The notes under the pieces: model-generated | Database searches by the model: none | Told to the model about the DNA's origin: nothing | The model's input: the letters and a program-made list of their open reading frames with translations, nothing else | Part shown: one piece after another, positions 52,127 through 62,355 of the stretch | Position numbering within the stretch: the stretch's first letter is position 1 | Layout: each line of letters begins with the position of its first letter | NCBI GenBank assembly: GCA_964013675.1 | Contig: CAXGXE010000002.1 | Coordinates: forward strand, 1 to 63,138 | Length of the DNA: 63,138 nucleotides | Direction of reading: 5' to 3' | Source of the DNA: an uncultured Verrucomicrobiales bacterium | GTDB taxonomy: Bacteria > Verrucomicrobiota > Verrucomicrobiia > Limisphaerales > UBA1100 | Translations under genes and position numbers: made by a program

Positions 52127-53800
52127 ATGGGGACGAGACAAAAGTTCCAAGTTATTGCTGTGTGCGGGCTGCTGCTGGCCGGGTTGGGTTGCCAACCGCC
52201 GGGGGCGCGGGCGATGTTTGAAGGCGAAGCACGCCTCAAGGCCGGTGAAGCCAAGCAAGCCGTGGCGCAGTTCGAGAAGGCAGTAAAACTGCTGCCCGGC
52301 GAATGGCGCGCTTGGAATTATCTGGGTTTGGCCCGTCATCGGGCGGGTGATCTGGATGGTGCCCATAAGGCGTTCCAAAGCGCGATGGAAATGGCCGGAG
52401 AACGCCGGGATTCCCCGGAGGATGCTGCGTTTGTTTTGAAGTTTAATACAGGCAGGCTGGCGCTTGACCGCGATCGGCTGGCTGACGCGAAGACGGAACT
52501 GCACGCCTATTCCATGTCCGCTGAGCCCTCGTTTCACGCATACTATTGGCTGGGGGAAGTGTATCGCAAGGAGCAGAATTGGGTGGGGGCTTCCACGGAA
52601 TACCAAAAAGCTCTCGCGCAGGATGATCGCTCGGCCGTGGCCCATAATCGTTTGGGGATGGCGCAGCTATGGATGGTTCAGCCATCGGAAGCCGCCAAAA
52701 GTTTTGAGGCGGCTTTGAAGCGTAACCCGGAATTCGTGCAGGCTCACCTGAACTTAGCCATGACCTATCAATGGTATTTGCCGGGCAATGACGCCAAGGC
52801 GTTGGAGGCCTTTCAGCAGTATTTGCAACTGGCCAAGGAACCGGCACCCGGCGTGCAGGCACTGGCGGATGCGTTGCAGATCAAGGTGCGGCCGAATCCG
52901 CCACCGGTTTTGCCCGGTGTGGAGACCAACCAATTAACTGTGGTGTGGTCGCCGCAAGGCACCAATGCGGCCAGCACCAATCTGGTAATTGAGATTCCCC
53001 CCGCCACCAATGCGCCGGCGACCAATCTGGTGGTGGAAGTGCCATCCCCGACCAATACTTTGGTGGAGATTCCACCGGTCGCCACCAACAAGCCGCCGGT
53101 GCGCGTAACGCAAGTGAGGCCGACCCCGACCAACAGGCCGCCGGTGGAAGTGATCGTGCCGCCGGTTACACCGACCAATCGGCCGCCGGTGAAGATTGCC
53201 AAGACCACAGTGACCCAGCCGCATGTGGCTCCGGGGACGACGAAAAAAACTGAGGTGAAAGCCGTGCCCGGTGTGGCACGGTACCAATACGTGAAGCCAA
53301 AACGCCCGGCGCCCGGCGCTGTGGTCGATCCGGCGGGGCTGACCAAGATGTTTGAAGCGGCATTGCATCAGCATAAGATCAATGAGCTGGACGGAGCCAT
53401 TGCCGGCTACCGGAAAGTGCTGCAGGTAAACCCCGCGTATCAACAAGCTTACGTGAATATTGCGCTGGCACTACAGGTGCAAGGAGAAGTGGAGGAGGCT
53501 TTGCCAGTTTATGAACAGGCTCTGGCCATCAATCCGCTTTCCAAGGTGACACGGCACGGCTTTGCTACGGCCTTGAGCCGCAGCGAGTATTATGTGGATG
53601 CGGCCATGGAATTTCATGAGTTGCTGGAGGTTTACAAGGACGACCTGTCGGCCCACTTGGCGTTGGGCGGATTGTACTCTGATCACCTGAACGATTCGGG
53701 CAAGGCGGTGGTTCATTTCAAAAAAGTGCTGGAGCTGAGTCCGCAACATCCGCAGGCGGCTGCGATTCGGCAATGGCTCTTCAACCACAGCCAGCGTTAG
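52127..53800 (+). CDS. TPR-repeat lipoprotein with a central Pro/Thr/Asn-rich repeat region
   Basis: Leader MGTRQKFQVIAVCGLLLAGLGC. TPR-like helices flank both sides of the PTNRPPV/ATNLVxExP repeats. Confidence 0.6.
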   Translation: MGTRQKFQVIAVCGLLLAGLGCQPPGARAMFEGEARLKAGEAKQAVAQFEKAVKLLPGEWRAWNYLGLARHRAGDLDGAHKAFQSAMEMAGERRDSPEDAAFVLKFNTGRLALDRDRLADAKTELHAYSMSAEPSFHAYYWLGEVYRKEQNWVGASTEYQKALAQDDRSAVAHNRLGMAQLWMVQPSEAAKSFEAALKRNPEFVQAHLNLAMTYQWYLPGNDAKALEAFQQYLQLAKEPAPGVQALADALQIKVRPNPPPVLPGVETNQLTVVWSPQGTNAASTNLVIEIPPATNAPATNLVVEVPSPTNTLVEIPPVATNKPPVRVTQVRPTPTNRPPVEVIVPPVTPTNRPPVKIAKTTVTQPHVAPGTTKKTEVKAVPGVARYQYVKPKRPAPGAVVDPAGLTKMFEAALHQHKINELDGAIAGYRKVLQVNPAYQQAYVNIALALQVQGEVEEALPVYEQALAINPLSKVTRHGFATALSRSEYYVDAAMEFHELLEVYKDDLSAHLALGGLYSDHLNDSGKAVVHFKKVLELSPQHPQAAAIRQWLFNHSQR

Positions 53801-53804
53801 CACC

Positions 53805-55610
53805 ATGGCGGGGCGAATCTCCCAGTCTACCATTGAGCAAATTCGGGCGGCGAGTGATATCGTCGAGGTGATTGGAAGCTACTTTCCGCTCAAGCGTGCC
53901 GGCGGTAATCACGTGGCCTTATGTCCGTTTCATAAGGAGAATAGTCCGAGCTTCAACGTCAATCCGCAGCGACAAATCTATCACTGCTTTGGGTGTCATG
54001 CGAGTGGAGATGTCTTTAAGTTTGTTCAGGAATACGAGCACGTGGAATTCATTGAAGCTGTAGAACGGCTGGCCGAACGTGCTGGGATCGTTCTCGAATT
54101 TGATCAAAACCCGCAGGCCGAGCGTTCGCGGCGCAAGAAGGATTTGTTGTTGCACGTACACGCGGAGTTGGCCAAACGCTGGCACGGCGTGTTGATGAAC
54201 GAGGCGGGTGGCCAACCGGCCCGAAATTATCTGAAAATCCGAGGCATGACCCGCGGCGCAGCGGAGACTTTCCAGTTGGGGTACGCCCCTGAATCATGGG
54301 AAGACACGGTGAATTGGGCGGCGGCCCAGAAGTTTGACTTGGAGTTGATGGAGGAAGCCGGACTGGTGGCCAACAAGGATGGCAAACGTTATGGGCGGTT
54401 TCGTGGCCGGCTGATGTTTCCCATCCATGATGAACAGGGCCGAGTGATTGGCTTCAGTGGCCGAGTGCTCGATTCGGAGGTGAAAGCGGCGAAGTACGTG
54501 AACTCGCCGGAAACACTATTGTTTCACAAGAGCAAGGTCTTCTACGGACTGGACAAGGCACGCCGGGAAATTCTGGCCGCGAAATCTGCGCTCGTGTGTG
54601 AAGGACAGCTCGACACTATGGCTTGCCACATGGCGGGCTTGAAACAAGCGGTTGCGCCGCAAGGCACGGCGCTCACGTCTGATCATGCGCGGATTCTGAA
54701 ACGCTACACCTCGGAGGTAGTGCTGTGTTTTGATTCGGATACCGCCGGGCAAAACGCGGCCGTACGATCCTTTGATGCCCTGCTGGAATCGGAATTGGCC
54801 GTACGTGTTATGACGGTGCCAGCACCACATGACCCCGATAGTTTCATTAGAGAGCAGGGGGTGGTGGCGTTCCGTGAAATGATGGATCAGGCGCCGGATT
54901 ATTTTGATTTTTACCTCAACCATCTTCTGATCGAGCACGATGTGCGAAGTGAGCGCGGACGGCGCGAGGTCACACAAGCCATGGGGCTGGCGGTGCGTAA
55001 AACGCGCGATGCGGTGTTGCTGGATCGGTGCGCCCAACAGACCGCACTGGCGGTGGGAGCCTCGGCGGAAGCGGTACGGGCAGAATTTCAGAGGATTCCC
55101 CAAATTAAAACGAGTGCAGTCTATGATCGTTCGGAACCGATGCTGGCCGAGCACTCGTCGCCCGAACCGGCGGTTGCGCCGCCGACACAGCAGGAGCGAT
55201 GGTTGTTGCGGTTGGCTTTTCAGGACTCGGCATTTGGAGATTGGGCTGCAGATTGTCTGGATCCACGCTGGGTGGAGCATCCTCAGGTCCGCGCTATTCT
55301 CGAAACGGCAGCGCAAACTGGTGATTCAGCCGAAATATTGCTAGGTTCGCTGGATGCCCCTTCCAGTCGACTGTTGACCGCTGCAGTGGCGGACGCCACG
55401 GAAATTCCTCAGCCGGCGCGGCAGCTACAGGATTTGGTGACACGCCTGCGCGATCGTTTTCTCGACCGGCAATTGGCTAGTCTCACCCGGTTATTGGCGC
55501 AGCCAAACCTGCCGGAAGAAGAACTCTTGCGCACGCTCGAAGAGCAGCGCGAGTTGTTGAGGCAAAAACAAGAGGTTCTGCCGAAAGTGCCTATCAGTGC
55601 GGCCACATAA
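53805..55610 (+). CDS. dnaG: DNA primase
   Basis: Zinc finger CPFHKENSPSFNVNPQRQIYHCFGCHASGDVFKFV. RNAP domain MFPI.D..GRVIGFSGR. Toprim VCEGQLD...CFDSDTAG. Confidence 0.9.
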   Translation: MAGRISQSTIEQIRAASDIVEVIGSYFPLKRAGGNHVALCPFHKENSPSFNVNPQRQIYHCFGCHASGDVFKFVQEYEHVEFIEAVERLAERAGIVLEFDQNPQAERSRRKKDLLLHVHAELAKRWHGVLMNEAGGQPARNYLKIRGMTRGAAETFQLGYAPESWEDTVNWAAAQKFDLELMEEAGLVANKDGKRYGRFRGRLMFPIHDEQGRVIGFSGRVLDSEVKAAKYVNSPETLLFHKSKVFYGLDKARREILAAKSALVCEGQLDTMACHMAGLKQAVAPQGTALTSDHARILKRYTSEVVLCFDSDTAGQNAAVRSFDALLESELAVRVMTVPAPHDPDSFIREQGVVAFREMMDQAPDYFDFYLNHLLIEHDVRSERGRREVTQAMGLAVRKTRDAVLLDRCAQQTALAVGASAEAVRAEFQRIPQIKTSAVYDRSEPMLAEHSSPEPAVAPPTQQERWLLRLAFQDSAFGDWAADCLDPRWVEHPQVRAILETAAQTGDSAEILLGSLDAPSSRLLTAAVADATEIPQPARQLQDLVTRLRDRFLDRQLASLTRLLAQPNLPEEELLRTLEEQRELLRQKQEVLPKVPISAAT

Positions 55611-55614
55611 AAAA

Positions 55615-55638
55615 GGCGGCCGAAAGGGCCGCCTTTTT
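55615..55638. terminator. Bidirectional intrinsic terminator between dnaG and the convergent PSCyt gene
   Basis: AAAAAA-GGCGGCC-gaaag-GGCCGCC-TTTTT. Confidence 0.8.
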
Positions 55639-55659
55639 GGGATTTAAAAATTTCGCTCG

Positions 55660-58600
55660 TTAGTCCGTGTATACTACCTCGTTGGAGAGGAGTAGGACTT
55701 GGGTGTATTTCTCCCAGGCATTGAGTGGCTTGGGCTTGTAGGTGGCGCCTTCAAATTCATCACTGGCGGTCCAAGAAGAAACCACGAGAGAGCCTGCTTT
55801 TTGCTGCATTGCCTGAGCAATCTCGGACTTGATGCTCACCTTGGGGTTCCAAGTAAAGTTATCCTGCTGCGGATTCTCCAGTTGGAACTGGCGCGCGATA
55901 CTCGTGAGTGTATTGGGCGCCTGATAACCCTTGCTGGTGACGATGAAGTCGATCGTGTCGCCCGTTTGCACCTGGATATCGCCGCTGTTTAAATCGCGGC
56001 GGCCGCGGCGTACATCGGCGCGTACGATTTCCTTGCCGAATCGCTGGCCACTGGCATTGCCGGCGCGGCTGTGAACGATAAAGCCGGTGACACCATCCCA
56101 AGCATTATTATCATACCATTTGCGGAGATCATCAGTGAGTTTATCGTCAAATGCAGCTTGGGCGTCGTCGTCTAAGCGATGCTCCAGACGGCCGGACACA
56201 TTTACAGTGGTGTTCATGGGGGCGACCCAGCGGCGCATTACGGCGACGTTGGGTTGCGGGCCGGGATGGCCGCCCTGCGCAGTTAGCTTGAGCTGGCCGA
56301 AGGCAGGGTTGTTGCCTTTCCAGACTTTGCCGTCGGTGAAGGGGAATCGGCGGAAGGAAACCGAGTACACTTTCTTCTCCGCATCAATTATACCCCATTG
56401 GCCGTAGCCGTTGTACCAAGTGGGTGTATTGGCCATCCCACCGGTGGTGACGCCGCCGGTTTGTTCCTGCAGGAAACGTTGGCCGAGCTTGAGCTCAAGC
56501 GGTTCGGGATCCCGCTGATAGATCATGTTGTACAGGGTGGTGATCCGGCTGCGGTCATCGGCGATGTTGGTGAACTCGGGCCGGTTGACGATGCGGTGGG
56601 ACAGATCGGCCACGATGGGGCTATTGAGCATGAACAGGGCCTGCTGCGACACGGTGGAGGCGAAGCGCTGGCCGGCGGTGGAGTCCGGGCTGGGGAAGTC
56701 GAATGTCTTGAACATCTCGTCCAGGTTACGCCGGTCGACAAGGGCATACACGGTGCGGCGGTAGTTGGCTTCACCGCCGGTAAGGCGTATGGGTTTGCCT
56801 CCCATTTTGAAGTCGAGGCGGCCGGCCACATGCAGCAGGCCGTCGCGGAAAGCCTCGAAGTCCAGTCGCCGGCGGTCCATCTTGTAGTAGTACAGGTTGT
56901 CCGGATCCTTGACGCTATATCGTGGGTTATCATCGCTGGTCTGTTGGTAGGTGTTGGACATGACAATGTGCTTGTGCAATGTCTTGAGAGACCAGTCATT
57001 TTCCACAAAATACCAGGCGAGATAATCGAGCAATTCAGGATGAGTAGGATCCATGGCGCGTAGGCCAAATTCGTTGAGTGAACTTACCAATCCTTTTCCG
57101 AAGTGATGGCTCCAAACACGATTAACCATCACGCGAGAGGTTAGCGGATTGTCATCAGCGGCAATGGCTTTAGCGAGTTCGAGACGTCCAGAACCGATCT
57201 TGAAAGGTTGCCGATCTTCGCCGGATAAAATCTCAAGGAATTGGCGAGGTACCACCTTGCCGCGTTGACGTGGATTGCCTTTGATCATGATGGCTTCGTC
57301 ACGGAGTTGGCCGTCTTCAAGCACCATAGCTCTTGGCGGGGAGCCGGGATGATTAATTTTAAGACTTTCGATTTTGGAGATGAAGCGCTCCATCTCCTCG
57401 CGTTCAAGGCCTCCGTTCCGGCGTTTGAGGTCATCAAAACGGAAATTGCCGGGATGGCCGTTTTCGAACATGACACGGCGGATGCCTTCCATATTCTTGG
57501 CGTAGCCTTCGCCGAACTGTTTGTCGAAGGCGACATCGAACCGTTTTTGGGCGTCTTCCATGCTGGTCGGTTTTTTTGGCTCATCATCACCCTTGGCCAA
57601 GGCGGCTTGGCGGTGTTGGGAGTACACTTGATTAGCGTACATCCACTGCTGCACGGAGAGATCAAACATAGCCTGATAACGGCCTGCGGCTTCCACGAGT
57701 GTACGAGGCGGGGTTTTAAAATATTGGGCGACGATTGGGTTGATGCGTTTGGCCCGTTTGTTTTTGGGATCGGGATTGATCAGGGGGGCGAGCTTCTTCT
57801 GGGCTTTGGCCAGCTCGGCGGGGATGAAGGCGCCCACGGCGTTGGTGGCGGTGTTGGCGTACACTTTCCACGGGCCAAAGACGGCGTCGTCTTCGCGTTT
57901 GCGACTGAGGAACCGTTGCCAGGCTTCGCCAACCTCGGCCTTCAGGCGAATTCGGTTTTTGGCATCCACCTTAATATTCCGGGCTTTTTGCATTTCCTCA
58001 ATGGCCCGCTCAAACTGGCCTCGGTTGCGATCTATACGTAACTCGGCTTTGGTGAACATTTCTGTCCAATACATGTATGTCTTAGCTTTTTCTCGGGACT
58101 CTTTTTCACGTTCGTATTCCTCTTTAAGACGAAACTGTTCATGATCCTTCTCCAACTTATCCATCTTTCCTAGGAACTCCGCATAATCGGGGTTACTTGC
58201 GTAGCTTCCGGAGGAGCCGGCAGCGGGTTTTCCATTGGCTCCTTTGGCCAGGTTCGGGATCAAGATTGGTTTGTCCTGTTCATTGGGTTCACGGCTGCTT
58301 CGGAAAACACCGTAGAGAGAGTAATAATCAGCCGTGGGAACTGGATCAAATTTGTGGTCATGACAGCGCGCACAGTAAACTGAGAGACCCATGATTCCAC
58401 GGGTAGTGACATCAATCCTGTCATCAATGATTTCATCGCCTCCGGCGATTCGTGGGCCTAAGGTGAGAAAGCCTAATGCAGCTAGATCGCCGTGGTCTCC
58501 CTTTTGGCGGTCTGCGGCAAATTGTTCGATAAGGAACTGGTTATAGGGTTTATCTTCGTTAATGGATTCAATGACCCAGTCCCGGTAGGTGTGTGCATAG

Positions 58601-59421
58601 ATATAGCGAGCTAGTTGTCCACGCCGATTGTCATTCCCTGTAGTGTCTGCATAACGGGCGACATCCAGCCAGTGGCGACCCCAGCGCTCGCCGTATTGCG
58701 GGCTGGCGAGTAGGCGATCGACGACCTGTTCGAAGGTTTCCTGGCCGGAAGTAAATCGTTGCATATCCTCGTAGGAAGGCGGCAGACCGATTAGGTCAAA
58801 GTAAACCCGTCGCAGGAGCGACCATTGGTCGGCAGGTAAGGACGGCACCATTTCCTGCTCCTCAAGTTTCTCGAGGACATATGAATCGATGGGATTCTTG
58901 ATCCAACCTTTAAGTTTACCGCTGAAGATTAAGTCGGCAGAGGGAACTTTGGGTTCTTTAACTTTTTGAAAACCCCAGTGCTCCTTGGCTTTGGCAAAGT
59001 CCTGTTCGCTTTTTAGTACACCGGCAGATTTGCCTGTGCGAGGATCCGGAGCACCACGGCGGATCCAATTTTCTAACTCGGCGATTAATTCATCAGGTAC
59101 CGCATCTTTTCCGGCTGGAGGCATGGGATCGCCCAGGTCCTTCATCCGGATGATCATGATACTTTTGCCGGGATCTCCTGGGGCAACAGCTGGGCCAGCA
59201 GAGCCCCCGGCCAACGCGCCGGCTTTAGTGCTCAGGTCCAAACCTCCCTTAGTCGCCCCATCACCATGACAGTCGTAGCAATAATCGATCAAAATGGGTC
59301 TGATCTTGGCTTCAAAATACTCCTGATCGGCTGGTGAAAGTTGTTGGGCACTGGTGGTGCTTACATAAAAAAAGGCCGCTGCTATGGCGACCGTTCGGAT
59401 GAGTTGTTTCATCGAGATCAT
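55660..59421 (-). CDS. PSCyt (planctomycete cytochrome c) / DUF1549 / DUF1553 protein
   Basis: N-terminal CYDCHG haem site after a signal peptide. The CARCHDHKFDP motif is typical of DUF1549. It is 1253 aa and sits next to DUF1501, as is usual for this pair. Confidence 0.8.
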   Translation of the reverse strand: MISMKQLIRTVAIAAAFFYVSTTSAQQLSPADQEYFEAKIRPILIDYCYDCHGDGATKGGLDLSTKAGALAGGSAGPAVAPGDPGKSIMIIRMKDLGDPMPPAGKDAVPDELIAELENWIRRGAPDPRTGKSAGVLKSEQDFAKAKEHWGFQKVKEPKVPSADLIFSGKLKGWIKNPIDSYVLEKLEEQEMVPSLPADQWSLLRRVYFDLIGLPPSYEDMQRFTSGQETFEQVVDRLLASPQYGERWGRHWLDVARYADTTGNDNRRGQLARYIYAHTYRDWVIESINEDKPYNQFLIEQFAADRQKGDHGDLAALGFLTLGPRIAGGDEIIDDRIDVTTRGIMGLSVYCARCHDHKFDPVPTADYYSLYGVFRSSREPNEQDKPILIPNLAKGANGKPAAGSSGSYASNPDYAEFLGKMDKLEKDHEQFRLKEEYEREKESREKAKTYMYWTEMFTKAELRIDRNRGQFERAIEEMQKARNIKVDAKNRIRLKAEVGEAWQRFLSRKREDDAVFGPWKVYANTATNAVGAFIPAELAKAQKKLAPLINPDPKNKRAKRINPIVAQYFKTPPRTLVEAAGRYQAMFDLSVQQWMYANQVYSQHRQAALAKGDDEPKKPTSMEDAQKRFDVAFDKQFGEGYAKNMEGIRRVMFENGHPGNFRFDDLKRRNGGLEREEMERFISKIESLKINHPGSPPRAMVLEDGQLRDEAIMIKGNPRQRGKVVPRQFLEILSGEDRQPFKIGSGRLELAKAIAADDNPLTSRVMVNRVWSHHFGKGLVSSLNEFGLRAMDPTHPELLDYLAWYFVENDWSLKTLHKHIVMSNTYQQTSDDNPRYSVKDPDNLYYYKMDRRRLDFEAFRDGLLHVAGRLDFKMGGKPIRLTGGEANYRRTVYALVDRRNLDEMFKTFDFPSPDSTAGQRFASTVSQQALFMLNSPIVADLSHRIVNRPEFTNIADDRSRITTLYNMIYQRDPEPLELKLGQRFLQEQTGGVTTGGMANTPTWYNGYGQWGIIDAEKKVYSVSFRRFPFTDGKVWKGNNPAFGQLKLTAQGGHPGPQPNVAVMRRWVAPMNTTVNVSGRLEHRLDDDAQAAFDDKLTDDLRKWYDNNAWDGVTGFIVHSRAGNASGQRFGKEIVRADVRRGRRDLNSGDIQVQTGDTIDFIVTSKGYQAPNTLTSIARQFQLENPQQDNFTWNPKVSIKSEIAQAMQQKAGSLVVSSWTASDEFEGATYKPKPLNAWEKYTQVLLLSNEVVYTD

Positions 59422-59522
59422 GGTAAAATAGATTGAGAGGCTAAATCTTGGTTAGTCAACAAACAGGATAACCGCTTTTAATGCGATCGGCGAACCAGCT
59501 CAGTTGGTTACTTTGCTTAATT

Positions 59523-60971
59523 CTAGGCAATGATGCCCTTAACAGGCATGCCACCCTGAGGTAGCGACCGGGTAGCTTGAGTGAGACGGAAGTCTCTGCC
59601 TGCAGTCCGATAAGTCAGTTGCTCATGGTCGAACCCAAGCAAGTCCATCACTGTAGCGTGAATATCTTTAACGTGAACTTTGTTTTCCACAGCGGCGCCA
59701 CCGATTTCGTCAGTTGACCCATAGGCAATACCGCCCTTGATACCGCCACCCATGAGTACCGTACTCAATCCGCGGGCGTTATGGCTTCGTCCACCGCCAC
59801 CATCCTCAGTGGGGCTGCGACCGAATTCGCTGGTAATGTAAATAAGCGTATCCTCAAAAAGCCCGCGCTCTTTGAGATCATCCATGATAGCGCCAATAGC
59901 TGGGTCGAGCTGGCGGGCGTTGTTGGCGGCACGCTGCGCTATGCCTCCGTGCAAGTCCCAGCCTCCTTGGCGCACCTGTACAAAACGTACGCCACGCTCA
60001 AGCAAACGGCGTGCGATCAGCATTTGGCGGCCCTGAGCGTTTGCGCCATATTTGGCGACTGTCTCTGGCTTTTCACCAGCAATGTCAAAGGCCTCACGGG
60101 CATCAGTTTGCATCCGGTAAGCCAGTTCAAATGAATTGATGCGTGCTTCCAAATCACCTTCGGCTTGGCGCTTCTGTTTGTGCACCTCGTTTATCTTGAG
60201 CAGGAGATCGAGCTGCTTGCGCTGGTCACGGCGCGAGGCGAATTCGCTCTTAATGTTTTTGATGATGTCCTCAATCTTCGCGTTGTTGGAATCCACGAAG
60301 GTGCCTTGGAAGGCGCCGGGAAGGAAGGCGTTGGTAAAATTTCGGGCATCGGGCGCGCCGCCGGGGCTCATAGTGATAAAGCCGGGCAGGTTTTGGTTTT
60401 CCGTGCCCAACCCGTAAAGCACCCAGCTGCCGACGGCCGGCCGGATCTCCTGCATCTCACCGGTGTTCTGCATGTAGGTGGCCGGGCCATGCGCCGGGGC
60501 GTCGGTGTAGGTGGAACGCACGATAGCCACATCATCGGCGTGCCGGCCGATGTTCGGCCAGATCTCGGACATCTGCAGACCGCTTTGGCCGAATTTTGGG
60601 AAATTGAACGGGGAGGCCAGTAGCTTGCGGTTGCCGACTGCTTTGCCGTTATTGGAATTCAACTCAGGTCGGGGATCCCACAAATCCATGTGCGGGGCGG
60701 CACCGGCGAGGAAGATGTTCAGCACGCGCTTGGCTTTGGGGGTGCGAGGCGGCTGTTTGGGAGCCAAAGGACTGCCACCACCGGCCTGACCCTTGAGCCC
60801 CTGCTCAAATAACATGGTGGACAGTGCCAGAGCGCCAAAGCCTGTGCCGGTCTTTTCCAGCCATTCACGGCGAGTTAGAAAGGAATCCTCAACGCGGGCG
60901 GTGTGATCGGCCTTGTTGTAGAGCGGGTAATTGTGATTGTCGTTCATGGCAAAATTGGGTGGACCAAGCAA
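59523..60971 (-). CDS. DUF1501 (sulfatase-fold) protein with a Tat-like leader
   Basis: LTRREWLEKTGTGFGALAL leader. The ITSEFGRSP and GRSHN blocks are typical of DUF1501. Confidence 0.75.
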   Translation of the reverse strand: MLGPPNFAMNDNHNYPLYNKADHTARVEDSFLTRREWLEKTGTGFGALALSTMLFEQGLKGQAGGGSPLAPKQPPRTPKAKRVLNIFLAGAAPHMDLWDPRPELNSNNGKAVGNRKLLASPFNFPKFGQSGLQMSEIWPNIGRHADDVAIVRSTYTDAPAHGPATYMQNTGEMQEIRPAVGSWVLYGLGTENQNLPGFITMSPGGAPDARNFTNAFLPGAFQGTFVDSNNAKIEDIIKNIKSEFASRRDQRKQLDLLLKINEVHKQKRQAEGDLEARINSFELAYRMQTDAREAFDIAGEKPETVAKYGANAQGRQMLIARRLLERGVRFVQVRQGGWDLHGGIAQRAANNARQLDPAIGAIMDDLKERGLFEDTLIYITSEFGRSPTEDGGGGRSHNARGLSTVLMGGGIKGGIAYGSTDEIGGAAVENKVHVKDIHATVMDLLGFDHEQLTYRTAGRDFRLTQATRSLPQGGMPVKGIIA

Positions 60972-61146
60972 ATGGCCTGTGTGTGCACTTCCTTAACCAG
61001 TCTACTCGATTTCACAAAATTCGCAACGCAATTTCAGAAAAAAAACCTTATTAGCTCATGTTTTCCAGCCTCAAAACCTCAGCCGCTGGGCATAAGTTTT
61101 GTCCGCTAGACTTTGCCTTTTGGTCGGAGCAAATTAACTTCGGCCC

Positions 61147-61593
61147 ATGAGATTGTTGACCTTGGGGGTGATGTTGGCAGGGATGGTCGGATGCAGTACG
61201 GTGCAAACGCTGTCCGGCACCGGCATTGTGAAGGTGTTGCCGCATTACTTGGATGCGGGCGGTAAAAGCACCGATGGCCCCACGCTCTTGCACCGGGATG
61301 TGTACCAAAACCATCTGCGCGGCAATCCGGATCTCGTCAAGGGAGTGCGGTACGATGTGAACTGGCATGGACGCCAGAACATCACCGTTCGGCTCGAATT
61401 ACGTAGCACCAAGGCTGGCGTCCAGCCGATGACGGTGGAAAAGGAAGTGGCAGCTGGAGCGAGCGTGACGCATTGGACCTTCATTCATATTGATGAGGAA
61501 AACTACACGGCCTTTGGCCAGCCCGAAGCCTGGCGCGTTTCAGTTTGGCAGGGCGACGAAATGTTGGACGAGGAAATTTCGTTTCTCTGGTAG
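61147..61593 (+). CDS. Small hypothetical lipoprotein
   Basis: MRLLTLGVMLAGMVGCST leader. 148 aa. No motif recognised. Confidence 0.5.
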   Translation: MRLLTLGVMLAGMVGCSTVQTLSGTGIVKVLPHYLDAGGKSTDGPTLLHRDVYQNHLRGNPDLVKGVRYDVNWHGRQNITVRLELRSTKAGVQPMTVEKEVAAGASVTHWTFIHIDEENYTAFGQPEAWRVSVWQGDEMLDEEISFLW

Positions 61594-61929
61594 CCCACTT
61601 CATTTCAAACTTTAAACGTTCAGGAGCAGCCCGGGTGAATAACCTTGTAATAATCCCTCAATAGCTCTCAACAAGTTCCCCGTGCCCCGCGGGAAGCCGA
61701 AGCGTACACTTCTAATTACGAAGGCGGCTTGGCCTCGATTGACACGGGACGTTAAGACAGCCCAGCCAGCCCTCGCAGGGAGGCTACAGGATCGCCCGGT
61801 GCTGAAAACAACAGGTCCTGTCTACACCTACACCCACCCCCAGACAACCCACACGGCACCGGTGCGTCTTCACCCAATTGTCATCAAACCCGTCTGGACA
61901 ACCGGCCACCGTCCGGCTCAACCTGACGA

Positions 61930-62355
61930 ATGGCCAAGCCGCTGATATTGATTCTTTGCACCGGAAACAGTTGCCGCAGTCATCTGGCCGAAGGCATCCT
62001 GCGGGCTGCGGTGGGGGAAGCGGCCGAGGTGGCCAGTGCCGGATCCGATCCCGCCGGTTATGTGCATCCCATGGCGGTTGAGGTGATGAAAGAAATCGAG
62101 ATCGATATCAGCGCGCACACCTCCAAGCATTTGGATGAATTTTTGCAGCGGGAAGTTCACACCGTCATCTCCGTGTGCGGCAATGCAGATCAGGCGTGCC
62201 CCATTTTTCCCGGCCAAGCAGAGAAACATCACTGGCCCTTTGATGATCCCGCAAAGGCGACGGGCAGCGAAGAGGAAATTCGTGCTGTGTTCCGCCGTGT
62301 GCGGGATGAAATTCGTGTTAAATTCGAGGCGTACACCGCGGAGATTCTTGGCTAA
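61930..62355 (+). CDS. arsC: Arsenate reductase, LMW-PTPase (thioredoxin-coupled) type
   Basis: ILCTGNSCRSHLAEG P-loop and VISVCGNADQACP second/third cysteine block. Confidence 0.85.
   Translation: MAKPLILILCTGNSCRSHLAEGILRAAVGEAAEVASAGSDPAGYVHPMAVEVMKEIEIDISAHTSKHLDEFLQREVHTVISVCGNADQACPIFPGQAEKHHWPFDDPAKATGSEEEIRAVFRRVRDEIRVKFEAYTAEILG

Noticed and set aside
61682-61945. 87-aa GTG-initiated ORF in the arsC upstream spacer.
   Set aside because: Its composition is Pro/Thr/Arg-rich and low-complexity. It has no SD and no motif, and it overlaps the arsC start. It is most likely non-coding.
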